Shown here: positions 51,381-60,824 of the stretch, one piece after another | Layout: each line of letters starts with the position of its first letter | How positions within the stretch are numbered: the first letter of the stretch is position 1 | Source: Candidatus Bathyarchaeia archaeon | GTDB taxonomy: Archaea; Thermoproteota; CALKCG01; B24 | NCBI GenBank assembly: GCA_038870975.1 | Contig: JAVZJD010000002.1 | Coordinates: forward strand, 1 to 64,000 | Length of the DNA: 64,000 nt | Reading direction: 5' to 3' | Notes under the pieces: generated by a model | Databases searched by the model: none | The model's input: only the letters and a program-made list of their open reading frames with translations | What the model was told of the DNA's origin: nothing | Translations under genes and position numbers: made by a program

Positions 51381-51472
51381 TTTTCAACCTCCCTCTAAAT
51401 ACTAACACCTCTTTCGATTTTCTTCACATCGTGCTTCTACTTAAAAAATAGGTGGATTAAAATTCTGAAGAA

Positions 51473-52816
51473 ATGTTTACATACCAAATCCAGCATTTCT
51501 ATAGGTGTCGTCACATGTCAAACGCTATCGATAGAGGTAAGATTGAGGCTTTAAAGAGTATGTTGCTTAGTCTGCATAAGGGTGAATCTATAGAAGAGTT
51601 GAAGCGTAAGTTTAAGGGCGTCCTTGAAACTATTTCTCCCATTGAAATATCTCTGGTTGAGCAGGAGCTTGTTAGGGAAGGCGTATCCATCTCAGAGATA
51701 CTTAGGCTATGTGATTTACACGTAGAGCTCATCAGGGATACGTTACGCTCTAGTTTACTTATGGATGTGCCTAAAGGGCATCCCGTAAGCCTTATTTCTA
51801 GGGAAAATGAACATATTACTAAGCTTGCTGAAGCTTTAAACGTTTATGCTGGAGCTCTGAGTAAAGCCAGCTCAGGAGAAGCCGAAAGCCATCTAAAAGC
51901 TATCAGCAACATATTAGCCGAGCTGAGAAAATCTAGATTGCATTATAGAAAGATTCAGATGTTAATATTTCCATATCTTGAGAGGAGGGGTATAACAGCT
52001 ATTCCAAGGGTTTTATGGGGCAGAGAAGACCAGATAATTGTTAAACTTAGGGAACTATCCACGCTTGTGGAGAAAGAGTTAACTCATCCTAAAGAATACC
52101 CCAATATAGCTGAAAAAGCAATGGAGGTTTCTAGGGAGATATCTGACCTCATTTTCAGGGAGGAGAGGATTTTACTACCAGCAGTATGGATTCTTCTATC
52201 TGAGGGGGAGTGGGTGGCTATACATGAAGCCGCTAAAGATATAGGGTATCTAATACCCATCGACGTAGAGTGGGCATCTAGAGCTAAGCCACTACTACCG
52301 TATGAAGTTAACGGGGTCGTTACACGAGAGCAGGTTGAAAGTCTTCCACAAGAGTTTAAATTCGCTGCTTTAGCCCCGGACACGTACGAAGTTAGGTCTG
52401 AAGAGGATCTAGAGTTTGAAACAGGCTTCCTGAGTAAAGATGAAGTTGAAGCCATATTTAGGCATCTACCAATCGAGGTGACGTATGCCGATGTCAATGA
52501 TAGGGTTACATTCTTCTCCCAAAGCATCTTTAGAAAGGGATTCGCTAGAACAAAAACAATTATCGGCAGGAGACTTGGATATTGCCATCCACCTAGACTT
52601 GAACATTTCGTTAAAAGCAACGTTGACGATCTTAAAGCTGGAAAATCGGATTATAAGGAGTATTGGACTAAGCTTGGAGATAGAACAATTAGGGTCATCA
52701 TAGCCGCAGTTAGAGATAAAGATGGGAAGTATCTTGGGACTCTAGAGATTGTTGAAGACCTAACCGAAATAGTGAATAATCCAGATGAGATTAAGGGGAA
52801 GATAGTTACCCTATAA
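51473..52816 (+). CDS. DUF438 + hemerythrin-like + PAS protein
   Basis: EQELV.EG...LCDLH, GHPV...EN, HYRK..LIFPYLE, LPIEVTYAD, CHPP. Confidence 0.85.
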   Translation: MFTYQIQHFYRCRHMSNAIDRGKIEALKSMLLSLHKGESIEELKRKFKGVLETISPIEISLVEQELVREGVSISEILRLCDLHVELIRDTLRSSLLMDVPKGHPVSLISRENEHITKLAEALNVYAGALSKASSGEAESHLKAISNILAELRKSRLHYRKIQMLIFPYLERRGITAIPRVLWGREDQIIVKLRELSTLVEKELTHPKEYPNIAEKAMEVSREISDLIFREERILLPAVWILLSEGEWVAIHEAAKDIGYLIPIDVEWASRAKPLLPYEVNGVVTREQVESLPQEFKFAALAPDTYEVRSEEDLEFETGFLSKDEVEAIFRHLPIEVTYADVNDRVTFFSQSIFRKGFARTKTIIGRRLGYCHPPRLEHFVKSNVDDLKAGKSDYKEYWTKLGDRTIRVIIAAVRDKDGKYLGTLEIVEDLTEIVNNPDEIKGKIVTL

Positions 52817-52958
52817 ATACGATCTCAGTATTTGGGTTTAGCCATAGGTATGCAATTCCACCCATCAAGAGGAAATCGTCAAAGTAGCTTATATAGGTAG
52901 GACTAACGCGGAGAGAAGCCACCTAGAAAGGCCGTGAAATAAGGGAATTAAAAATCTT

Positions 52959-53138
52959 CTACTGGTAGTTGGTAGAGTCATACATTCGAACAGCATGACT
53001 TGTAATCTCTAAAGAACAGGAATAATACTTAGAGCAGAACTCCTCACATTTTTCAGCCCAAGTCTCCTCTCTATAGGCGAGACTACACTCTTCACAAATG
53101 TATAAGGACTCACCTTTCCTCTCTACCCTCTTCACCAT
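52959..53138 (-). CDS. 59-aa Cys-rich zinc-finger-like protein (absent from ORF track)
   Basis: MVKRVERKGESLYICEECSLAYREETWAEKCEEFCSKYYSCSLEITSHAV...; GGAGG SD; directly downstream of acr3. Confidence 0.8.
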   Translation of the reverse strand: MVKRVERKGESLYICEECSLAYREETWAEKCEEFCSKYYSCSLEITSHAVRMYDSTNYQ

Positions 53139-53161
53139 GATAGTTAGACGCCTCCTACCAA

Positions 53162-54184
53162 TTAAGAATCTACGCTAGAGAAATATTTTCTGGTTTTTAA
53201 GGCTATTTTCACGAATGTCAGCATAGACGGGACCTCCCATAATGGGCCGACTACTGTTGCTAAGGCTGCCTCTGAACTAGCACCGAAAACGACTGTAGCT
53301 GTTGCTATGGCAACCTCAAATTGAGTACCTGAGCTTATAAAAGCGATGGTTGAGGCATCTTTATAATTGAATTTTAAGAGCCAAGGTATAATGTAGAAAA
53401 GGGAGGACATAATAAAGAAATGTAGTAGCAATGGTATTGAAACCAAGCCTACTAAAAGAGGCTGATCAGCAATCGCTCCACCCTTTAAGGAGAAAAGCAT
53501 TATAACAGTAATTAGTAAAGCTAGAGCCGCAGTATTCCCTATAAGTGGGCGAAATTTGTTATCAAACCACTCTTCCCCCTTTCTTGAGACGAGAATTTTT
53601 CGCGACATTTGCCCTGTAATTAATGGTAGACCGACAAACAGAATCACACTCTTTGTAATTAGTGTTATTGGAACTGGTATTCCTCCGATTCTGAGGTAGA
53701 AAGCTGCAAGAGGTGCATAAAGTATTAGAGTCGATAAAGCATTTATCGCGGTTATCACGATACCTTTAGCTACGTCGCCCTGCGCCAGTAGAATCCAGAA
53801 TAAAACCATCCCGGTGCATGGCGCTATTCCAAGCAGAATAACACCAGACGCGTATCCTGGATAGCTACTTAAGAATAAGTGTGCCAGTAGAGCCATGAGC
53901 GCTGGGGCGACAGCCCAATTACCTATTAACGTAAGGATTGTGGGTTTGGGAGACTTAGCAGCTTTCACTATCTCCTCAAACTTTATGTTCACCATTGTTG
54001 GATACATTAGGAGGAAGAGACATACCCCCATGGGAATCGATATATCCCAAACCTGAAGAGACCCAATCCATAAACCTAACTCTGGAAAGAACCTACCTAA
54101 TAGAAAGCCGGCAATCATGCTAAGAACAACCCACAGCGTAAGGTATTTTTCAAATGAACCTAAAACTGTTCGACTTTCAGACAT
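53162..54184 (-). CDS. acr3: ACR3-family arsenite efflux transporter
   Basis: FEKYLTLWV, MYP, GNW, APCTGMV, FEVAIA, VVGPLWEVP. Confidence 0.93.
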   Translation of the reverse strand: MSESRTVLGSFEKYLTLWVVLSMIAGFLLGRFFPELGLWIGSLQVWDISIPMGVCLFLLMYPTMVNIKFEEIVKAAKSPKPTILTLIGNWAVAPALMALLAHLFLSSYPGYASGVILLGIAPCTGMVLFWILLAQGDVAKGIVITAINALSTLILYAPLAAFYLRIGGIPVPITLITKSVILFVGLPLITGQMSRKILVSRKGEEWFDNKFRPLIGNTAALALLITVIMLFSLKGGAIADQPLLVGLVSIPLLLHFFIMSSLFYIIPWLLKFNYKDASTIAFISSGTQFEVAIATATVVFGASSEAALATVVGPLWEVPSMLTFVKIALKTRKYFSSVDS

Positions 54185-54211
54185 GCTTGCCTCCTCTACT
54201 GACCATCCGTT

Positions 54212-55447
54212 TTAATGGGTCTCCTTAACTTTATCCGCAAGCAATCTGCCAATCTCTACAACCCGTTTAAGAATCTCTTCAGTAGGTGGACCGTTCACCT
54301 CTAACACATCGACAACCTCAACCTTAAACTGTCCAAGCAACTCTTGCATATGTTTCACCGCACTCCCACCCCAGCCGTAAGAGCTTAAGAATACGGCGTA
54401 CTTTGTCGGTGGACGTAAAACCCTCATGAGATATGCAACATAAACAGCCAACGGATGAGCACCGCCTAAAACAGTTGAACCACCTAAAACAACAGCTCTA
54501 GAGTCTACAAGGTCTTTAATAAGGTCTCCAACATCGGTCACCGTTAAATTGTGAAGAACCACTTCAATACCTTCCCCAGCGAGTACCTCAGCCATCTGCT
54601 CAGCCATATGCTTAGTACTATCCCACATACTCACATAAATTATCGACACCTTTCGCTTAGTTTCACCATTCACCCACTTCCTATAAGCATCTAGAATGAC
54701 CTCAGGCTTCCTATGAATAGGTCCGTGGCTCGGAGCTATCACTTTAACGTCTAAGTCCTTCAACTTTTCCAACCCCCTCTGTGCCATGGCTCTAAAAGGC
54801 ATCATTATCTCACCCCAATACTTTTGAGCATGTATGAGTAGATCTTCAACATCATCGCCATAGATTCCCTCAGCTAAGTGAGAGCCGAAGAAATCGCATG
54901 AAAAAAGTATTCCATCCTCTTCAACGTAGGTAAACATCGTTTCGGGCCAGTGAAGCATAGGCGCCTCTATAAAACGTAGAGTTTTCCCACCGAGGCTTAA
55001 CCTCTCTTGATCGGCAACCATCTTCATCCTCTCCTCTGAAACATTGTAAAAAATTCGAGCCATTTTTACCCCTCTACTTGTCGCTACAAGCTTAGCCTTC
55101 GTAGCGACCTTCATCAGATATGGTATAGCACCCGCATGATCGGGCTCAGCATGATTCATCACAATATATTCTATTTCCCCGGGATCTACTAGACTACGGA
55201 TCTTTCTTTCAAGCTCTCGCTCGAAACCTGGGTTCACCGTATCTATTAACGCATTCTTCTCTTCCCCCAGCACAAGATAGGCATTATAAGACGTTCCTCT
55301 TGGAAGAGGAATTAAAGCATCGAAAAGCCTACGGTTCCAGTCTTTTACACCAACCCAGTAGACGTTTCTTGAAATCCTAAAAACGTTCCCCTCAATCGTA
55401 TAATCATCACCACATACTGTAGTGGATGAAAACAGGTATTTAAGCAT
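54212..55447 (-). CDS. fprA: Flavodiiron protein (true start probably near 55396-55399)
   Basis: GTSYNAY, HAEPDH, HWPE, SCDFFG, PSHG, flavodoxin SMWDST, SYGWGG. Confidence 0.93.
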   Translation of the reverse strand: MLKYLFSSTTVCGDDYTIEGNVFRISRNVYWVGVKDWNRRLFDALIPLPRGTSYNAYLVLGEEKNALIDTVNPGFERELERKIRSLVDPGEIEYIVMNHAEPDHAGAIPYLMKVATKAKLVATSRGVKMARIFYNVSEERMKMVADQERLSLGGKTLRFIEAPMLHWPETMFTYVEEDGILFSCDFFGSHLAEGIYGDDVEDLLIHAQKYWGEIMMPFRAMAQRGLEKLKDLDVKVIAPSHGPIHRKPEVILDAYRKWVNGETKRKVSIIYVSMWDSTKHMAEQMAEVLAGEGIEVVLHNLTVTDVGDLIKDLVDSRAVVLGGSTVLGGAHPLAVYVAYLMRVLRPPTKYAVFLSSYGWGGSAVKHMQELLGQFKVEVVDVLEVNGPPTEEILKRVVEIGRLLADKVKETH

Positions 55448-55778
55448 GATTTAATACATGTAGATGAAGAGTTAAAGGAAGTAATCATAGATGGATAGGA
55501 GATAACATTTTTCCCTAGATTTTTCTGGTTTTCAAGGCTTTATTCGTCGGTTTAAAGTTTATCGAGAAATTGAAACTACTCCTTGATGGCATCGGAGTTG
55601 ACGTGCATAATTGGCTAGTGTCTTTCACCCAGCAGATTTTTTAAAGACTCTGGGGCAAGTAAACATTTGTTTCATCATAGAGGTGAAGTAGAATAAACCT
55701 CACCTGTTTTCAGTTGATGAAAGCATATTTCTGAAGATTATGGGCTTAGCAGTACATTCTCTTTGGGCGTTTGACCAG

Positions 55779-56300
55779 TTAAACGGTAGACCTTTTAATC
55801 TTAGGAAGAGTTTCAATAGTAAACTTGGCGATTTGTTCTTTTGTAAGTCCGTACTCCCCATTCAACTTACTTATTTTACCCTGTTTAAACATAGATGCAA
55901 GAGTATTATAGACTGTTTTCAAGGCTTTATTCGTTGTTTTAGCGAGCTCAGACGGTGTCAAAGACTCTTTACTCAGTTTTCCAAGTCTAAAACCTAAGTA
56001 GGCTCCTACTAAGCTCAGCATTATAGCGTCTTCAGCGGATAAATCCGTTCTCTTAAGAACTACTCCATTATCTGTTACTTGGAGAAATTCAGAACATTCT
56101 CTGATAAGCGTGTCAAAGTTGGGCTCGAAGACTATTTTCGAAATCGCCTCATAAGACGGGTATACTTTAGAAAGCCATTCAAAGAAAGCCCTTAAAACAA
56201 CGTCAGACTCGCCTTTGAAAGTTGCTTCTAAAGAGCCTATTTTAACATTCAACTCTATACTACTCAACAAGTTCACCTTTAAGCCTAGGTGCAACTTCAC
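55779..56300 (-). CDS. Winged-helix protein, paralogue 1
   Basis: N-terminal VKIGSLEATFKG hairpin-helix; C-terminal LTPSEL..KTVYNTL..GKI...EYGLT. Confidence 0.7.
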   Translation of the reverse strand: MKLHLGLKVNLLSSIELNVKIGSLEATFKGESDVVLRAFFEWLSKVYPSYEAISKIVFEPNFDTLIRECSEFLQVTDNGVVLKRTDLSAEDAIMLSLVGAYLGFRLGKLSKESLTPSELAKTTNKALKTVYNTLASMFKQGKISKLNGEYGLTKEQIAKFTIETLPKIKRSTV

Positions 56301-56757
56301 TTATGAAGTACTTCAACCCCTTCGAAGTAATCCTATATTCGCCTCTTTCCACCTTCTCGACAAGATAACCATTCTGAAGCTCACTAAGTCTAGCGCTGAT
56401 AGAACTTTTAGATTTACCCAATCTTCCAGAGATCTCTTCAAGTGAAAGTGAAGCCTTATCGGATTTGCCGAATAGGTAGGCGAGATATTTAACGATCAAA
56501 ACTAGTAGACAGCCTTCGAAAATAGTCAACTTCTTCATATCGGCTAAAACAGTGGGTTCAGGATGTACTGTAACTAAATCCTTTAAACCCTTGGAGACCT
56601 CCTCTAAATCCAAGCTTAGAGTCAAATTTTTCACAAGGCTGAAAGTCGGATAGACGTCTGATATGAATTTGATAAGACTTCTCAAAACCTGCTCGGCATC
56701 CCCTGAAAACTCCAACTCTCCACCCTGGAATGAGACTTTAACTTTAACCTCGCTCAT
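56260..56757 (-). CDS. Winged-helix protein, paralogue 2
   Basis: VKVSFQGGELEFSG; LSLEEI..ISARLSEL..LVEK..RGEYRIT.KG. Confidence 0.75.
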   Translation of the reverse strand: MSEVKVKVSFQGGELEFSGDAEQVLRSLIKFISDVYPTFSLVKNLTLSLDLEEVSKGLKDLVTVHPEPTVLADMKKLTIFEGCLLVLIVKYLAYLFGKSDKASLSLEEISGRLGKSKSSISARLSELQNGYLVEKVERGEYRITSKGLKYFISEVAPRLKGELVE

Positions 56758-57302
56758 AACATTCCTCCCCTAATCTTTGGGATAATCATCTTCTCAACCC
56801 ACATTTGACCTTGAGCTGAAAGCTTCCACACGACATCCTTCGGGTCAGGCTTGAAAACTCTACCCGATTCAGCCATCTCCTTAAGTCTAGCTGACACGTT
56901 TGAAACCTTAAAGCCCGAATTCTGCAAAAGTAGAGCTATAGTTTTAGGGTCAGACTTCTGCTCTTTAAATGCATAAAGTAGCAAACCTATAGCTTCATAC
57001 TGGCTTAACTTAGCCTTCTCCGAAGCCACTATCAAAGGACCGTCAACGCTCCACTCAATCAAACCCTCTAATAGGTTAGATGTCTGTGGAGCCTTTTCAG
57101 CAGCCTCGAAATGCTTGAACGTAGAAGGCTGAAAATCCTCTACAGTCAAACTACTTTTAAGTAACTCCTTAAAACCCATTGAAGAAGCTTCTTCTAAAGC
57201 CGTTTTAACAAGGCTGAGCTTTTCACGGAGTTCTTCAACCGTTGAAAACTCAAACTCTAGAGAGCCAAACCAAGACCGGAAGATCGCTTTTACTCCGCTC
57301 AT
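56754..57302 (-). CDS. Winged-helix protein, paralogue 3
   Basis: FGSLEFEFS; VSARLKEM..GRV...WKLS.QG. Confidence 0.7.
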   Translation of the reverse strand: MSGVKAIFRSWFGSLEFEFSTVEELREKLSLVKTALEEASSMGFKELLKSSLTVEDFQPSTFKHFEAAEKAPQTSNLLEGLIEWSVDGPLIVASEKAKLSQYEAIGLLLYAFKEQKSDPKTIALLLQNSGFKVSNVSARLKEMAESGRVFKPDPKDVVWKLSAQGQMWVEKMIIPKIRGGML

Positions 57303-57526
57303 ATCTGTAGAAAAGATTAGATAAACCAGTATATAAATCTATTCAAAAAATCCTTTAAAATTCCCATATTTAAAAACACTTACATAACCTTTTTACCATA
57401 ATTTTCACGGATAAAAAAGGCGTGGTAAAATATTTAGGAATAAACTAGGAAAATTTTATTTAAATTCTACATGGTTTTATCCATAAAACAGTTAATATTT
57501 CCTCCATTGAATACTTAAGTGAAAAC
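57303..57526. promoter_or_regulatory. AT-rich spacer with inverted repeats
   Basis: TTTTACCA (57391-57398) / TGGTAAAA (57423-57430); GTTTTAT-CC-ATAAAAC (57474-57489). Confidence 0.5.
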
Positions 57527-57931
57527 TCACAAACTTGGAGGCTTCTTCTGAATATACACGTATTTACCCTTTCTACCGCCTCTATACAGTATATCGCTTC
57601 TAACTAAATCAGCTAAAGTATGCGCAACAGCAGTCCTATCGTAGTGGAAGCCACGTTTACTGAGCTCTTCATGAACATCGCTGAGCGTCCTCCCAGTACT
57701 AAACCATCCGGTCCTCCAAAGATTGAGTAGAACACCCCTGCAAGTTGATGGAGTGGGCTCTTTAACAATTTCAAACTCAGGCTTACTAAGCTCTCTATCC
57801 AGTAGAGAGACGTTTTGAAATGCACTTAGAAATTCTTCAACAGTCTTCTTAAGCTGGTCTTCTCTACACTCAATCTCTGCTTCGACTCCTTGATACTTTA
57901 ACTTTATCCTGACTTTTCTATCGGATTCCAT
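57527..57931 (-). CDS. Winged-helix protein, paralogue 4
   Basis: IKLKYQGVEAEIEC; GWF..RTLSDV.EEL..GF.Y....VAHTL.DLV...L.R.G..GKY.Y; ATG 57931 after GTGG SD. Confidence 0.75.
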   Translation of the reverse strand: MESDRKVRIKLKYQGVEAEIECREDQLKKTVEEFLSAFQNVSLLDRELSKPEFEIVKEPTPSTCRGVLLNLWRTGWFSTGRTLSDVHEELSKRGFHYDRTAVAHTLADLVRSDILYRGGRKGKYVYIQKKPPSL

Positions 57932-57969
57932 ATTCAACCACTTTGTTGATTGAACAATCAACAACAACA

Positions 57970-57977
57970 CTTATAAG
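57970..57977. promoter_or_regulatory. Palindromic TATA-like box CTTATAAG between divergent genes
   Basis: About 30-40 nt from both start codons (57931 on -, 58009 on +). Confidence 0.5.
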
Positions 57978-58008
57978 GGAGTACATCTACATATAGAGTG
58001 GTGATTGC

Positions 58009-59157
58009 ATGGATATAAACATTTCCCCCTCAACAAATCACTCTAAGGATGACCCTCAAAGTCTCCCATGGCTTAAAGAAATGCCCTACGTAAAACTCTA
58101 CCAAGAACTCGTCGACACAGGTACAGAGCTACTTCTCAATAGGCTTAAAACATATAGAAAAGAAGTTTACAAACTGGTAGATGAAGTCAAAAACAGGTTA
58201 AAAATATATAAAGCTGTTTACGACAAAGATGGACCTGCTTCTTCTAGAATAATCGGAGTAGATGCAGGGAGAAACGGAACAGAGTACAAATTCGCATACA
58301 TACCCCTATATGGAGCTATTGCGGTTCTAGTTGAAAACTGGGAGATTGTAGATGAACCACTGTGTGTAACAGGACCACCGGACGTATGGGCTTCAGAATT
58401 AGACCCAGATAAGCGTGAAAGTCTTCTACACATGGCTTTGGAATACCACGTAGCTACTAGAGCCGTAGAAAAGTGGAAACCAGACTATCTTCTACTTGAT
58501 GGGGGGATAGTACTCAACCCTAAACTCTACCCAGATTTCCAAGTTTCACCACAGTATGAAGGAGACTTCTACTTCACAGTCATTACTGTCCTCGAACTTT
58601 TAAATACCTGTAGGAAACTCCACGTTCCAGTTTTAGGCTTCGTTAAGCGTACACATATGAACTTCTACTCTTCATTCATGAGGAACAGTCAGATTAGAGA
58701 CTCAACACTGATGAACTTCATACTTAAAGAAGGCGAATACTCTGAACCCTTCAAAGTTGAAAACATAGTGGCTGAATCCTACAGAACTGTGGCTGAAAGC
58801 CTAAAATACGATAAAAGCCTTCCAGTCATATACTCAAGTTACATAAAGACGAGTTCAGCCCCGTTCAGAGTGGAGGTTCCAATGTTCTGTTTAAACAAAC
58901 TCGGAGAATTGATGTCCATCGTCTACACTATGGCAGGCTTCGACGGTATTCCATATCCTATACATGAAGCAGATAGGCTTTCAAGGATAACTAGACCAAC
59001 TTCGAACATACACTCTTTAGTACTCTACTCTAAAGCCTTAGAACTCGTCGAAAGCGGAGAAATGGAGCTTAAAGACCTAGACCTCCTAATGCTCGAGTAT
59101 GGTGAAAGCTGGACGTTAAACGGCAATCTTGAAGAACTTAGAGGTGGCGACGTTTGA
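58009..59157 (+). CDS. NurA-family nuclease
   Basis: IIGVDAG, LLLDGG, GFVKR, FRVEVP, GIPYPIHEAD. Confidence 0.85.
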   Translation: MDINISPSTNHSKDDPQSLPWLKEMPYVKLYQELVDTGTELLLNRLKTYRKEVYKLVDEVKNRLKIYKAVYDKDGPASSRIIGVDAGRNGTEYKFAYIPLYGAIAVLVENWEIVDEPLCVTGPPDVWASELDPDKRESLLHMALEYHVATRAVEKWKPDYLLLDGGIVLNPKLYPDFQVSPQYEGDFYFTVITVLELLNTCRKLHVPVLGFVKRTHMNFYSSFMRNSQIRDSTLMNFILKEGEYSEPFKVENIVAESYRTVAESLKYDKSLPVIYSSYIKTSSAPFRVEVPMFCLNKLGELMSIVYTMAGFDGIPYPIHEADRLSRITRPTSNIHSLVLYSKALELVESGEMELKDLDLLMLEYGESWTLNGNLEELRGGDV

Positions 59158-60698
59158 AACAGATAGGCTACATACTGTCAGGTTGCGACCAAAGTAAAAT
59201 ATCTTTCGTAGTCATGGAGGATACCAGAGTCTACGTAAACAACTACTACTTCATAAACCATCCTTCAAGCTCAGCGGGAGAATTCAACCCAGTTTTACTG
59301 AGAGTCTATAAGATAACACCTTATAACCCTGAAATGACGATAGGAAGCTTCGGACCTATAGCTGGTAAAAAAGGTGAAAAAGCATACTACGGTAAAAAAC
59401 TCGAATATCTAGTAGCTTGGGCTGAAGTCTTAGGTTACATATCTTGGGATGGCAAATGGAGAAGACTCGAATGTAGTCCCAATACTTGGGACTCAATCTA
59501 CGAACCCACATACGAAGAACTAGAAGGATTCTTCATAAAACTCTCAAGCAAAAGCTTAACGGACAGAACAGACTTCCCAATAGCCATAGGCAGACACAGG
59601 GGTTTAAACATACCATTCCACCTAGATTTAAACGCCATAGCCAAAGGACATATTTTTGTCGCTGGAATGACTCGAAGCGGCAAGAGTACTTTTGTCTTAA
59701 ACCTTATAGCTAGAGCTCTTGAAAACGATTTAAAGCCTAGATTTATAATATTTGATAGAAGGTGCGAGTATTCCCTCCTGTCAAAATATGGAGCCACAGT
59801 ACTCCCATACCTCAGCTTCGTACCTAAAACCGAGTTGATCTCTCCAAGCCTTATAGTGTCTAGGCTTGGCTTAGATCCGAATAAGGCTGAAGGGAAGCTT
59901 CTATGTGAAGCTTTAAACTCCATGAGAGCTGACGGCTCCGATTTAACTACTAAAAACGTACTAAGAAGATGCGTAGAACTCTCCCCATACTTGGTTTCAA
60001 GAGGCAGGGATTCAATTCTATCTAAGATTAGATGGATTCTTGAGAAGCGCGGAGACACAGTATTCACGGAGGAGCATAAGCCTTTAAACATCTTAGAAGT
60101 GCTTTACGATAAACCAGCTGTAATCGTAGACTTCTCAGTCGATGCCAACATTGAAGACCAACAGCTTACCGCTAAATACTTGATACGCGAGGTTGTAAAC
60201 CACGCTATTAAGTGTAGAGCTACTGGAGATTTTGCCACAATATTTGTAATAGAAGAAGCACAGTACTTCGTACCTGAGAGAGGACTTAAAATAGAGGTTG
60301 GAAACCCTGAGAAAACAGGAGTAGATAAACAACTAATAGAAGCAATAAGTCAAGCTGGAGGATACAACGTAGGCTTTATAATAGTTACACAGAGACCTGC
60401 TTACATTTCAAAGTCAATAATATCACAGTGTAATACGATAGCGGCCTTCAGGCTTATGGCTGGCAACGACCAAGAAGCAATCATAAAATACTCTGAATAC
60501 GGAAGTGAAAGAATGAGCGACTACCTACCTGGACTGGCGGATCATGAAGCCCTCATATGGGGTATGGCGTCGCCAGTACCATTCCCAGTCACAGTAGAGA
60601 TAGATGTTAAGGACTATCCGTCTAAAACAGGAGTGACGGCTAAAGTATCATGGGAGAGGATGAACCTTAAAACATCAAACCTTAAAATCCAACATTGA
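59154..60698 (+). CDS. HerA/FtsK-family ATPase with N-terminal HAS-like barrel
   Basis: IGYI N-terminus, HIFVAGMTRSGKS, IFDRRCEY, VIEEAQ, VTQRP, SQCNT; 4-nt overlap with the NurA gene. Confidence 0.9.
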   Translation: MKQIGYILSGCDQSKISFVVMEDTRVYVNNYYFINHPSSSAGEFNPVLLRVYKITPYNPEMTIGSFGPIAGKKGEKAYYGKKLEYLVAWAEVLGYISWDGKWRRLECSPNTWDSIYEPTYEELEGFFIKLSSKSLTDRTDFPIAIGRHRGLNIPFHLDLNAIAKGHIFVAGMTRSGKSTFVLNLIARALENDLKPRFIIFDRRCEYSLLSKYGATVLPYLSFVPKTELISPSLIVSRLGLDPNKAEGKLLCEALNSMRADGSDLTTKNVLRRCVELSPYLVSRGRDSILSKIRWILEKRGDTVFTEEHKPLNILEVLYDKPAVIVDFSVDANIEDQQLTAKYLIREVVNHAIKCRATGDFATIFVIEEAQYFVPERGLKIEVGNPEKTGVDKQLIEAISQAGGYNVGFIIVTQRPAYISKSIISQCNTIAAFRLMAGNDQEAIIKYSEYGSERMSDYLPGLADHEALIWGMASPVPFPVTVEIDVKDYPSKTGVTAKVSWERMNLKTSNLKIQH

Positions 60699-60824
60699 TA
60701 TTTACCTAGAACTACTTTTGTTGCAGTACCATTAAGAGAGCTAAACTAAGCTTCATCATAATACAGAGAAAGTAAATTAGAATTCCACAGTTTGACGTAA
60801 GATTCTTAGAGTTCTACAAGTAAA

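Noticed and set aside
55681-55778. C/D box sRNA or terminator hairpin
   Set aside because: TTGATGA...CTGA is present but no convincing C' and terminal D boxes; the AGGTGA/TCACCT stem alone is too weak to call.
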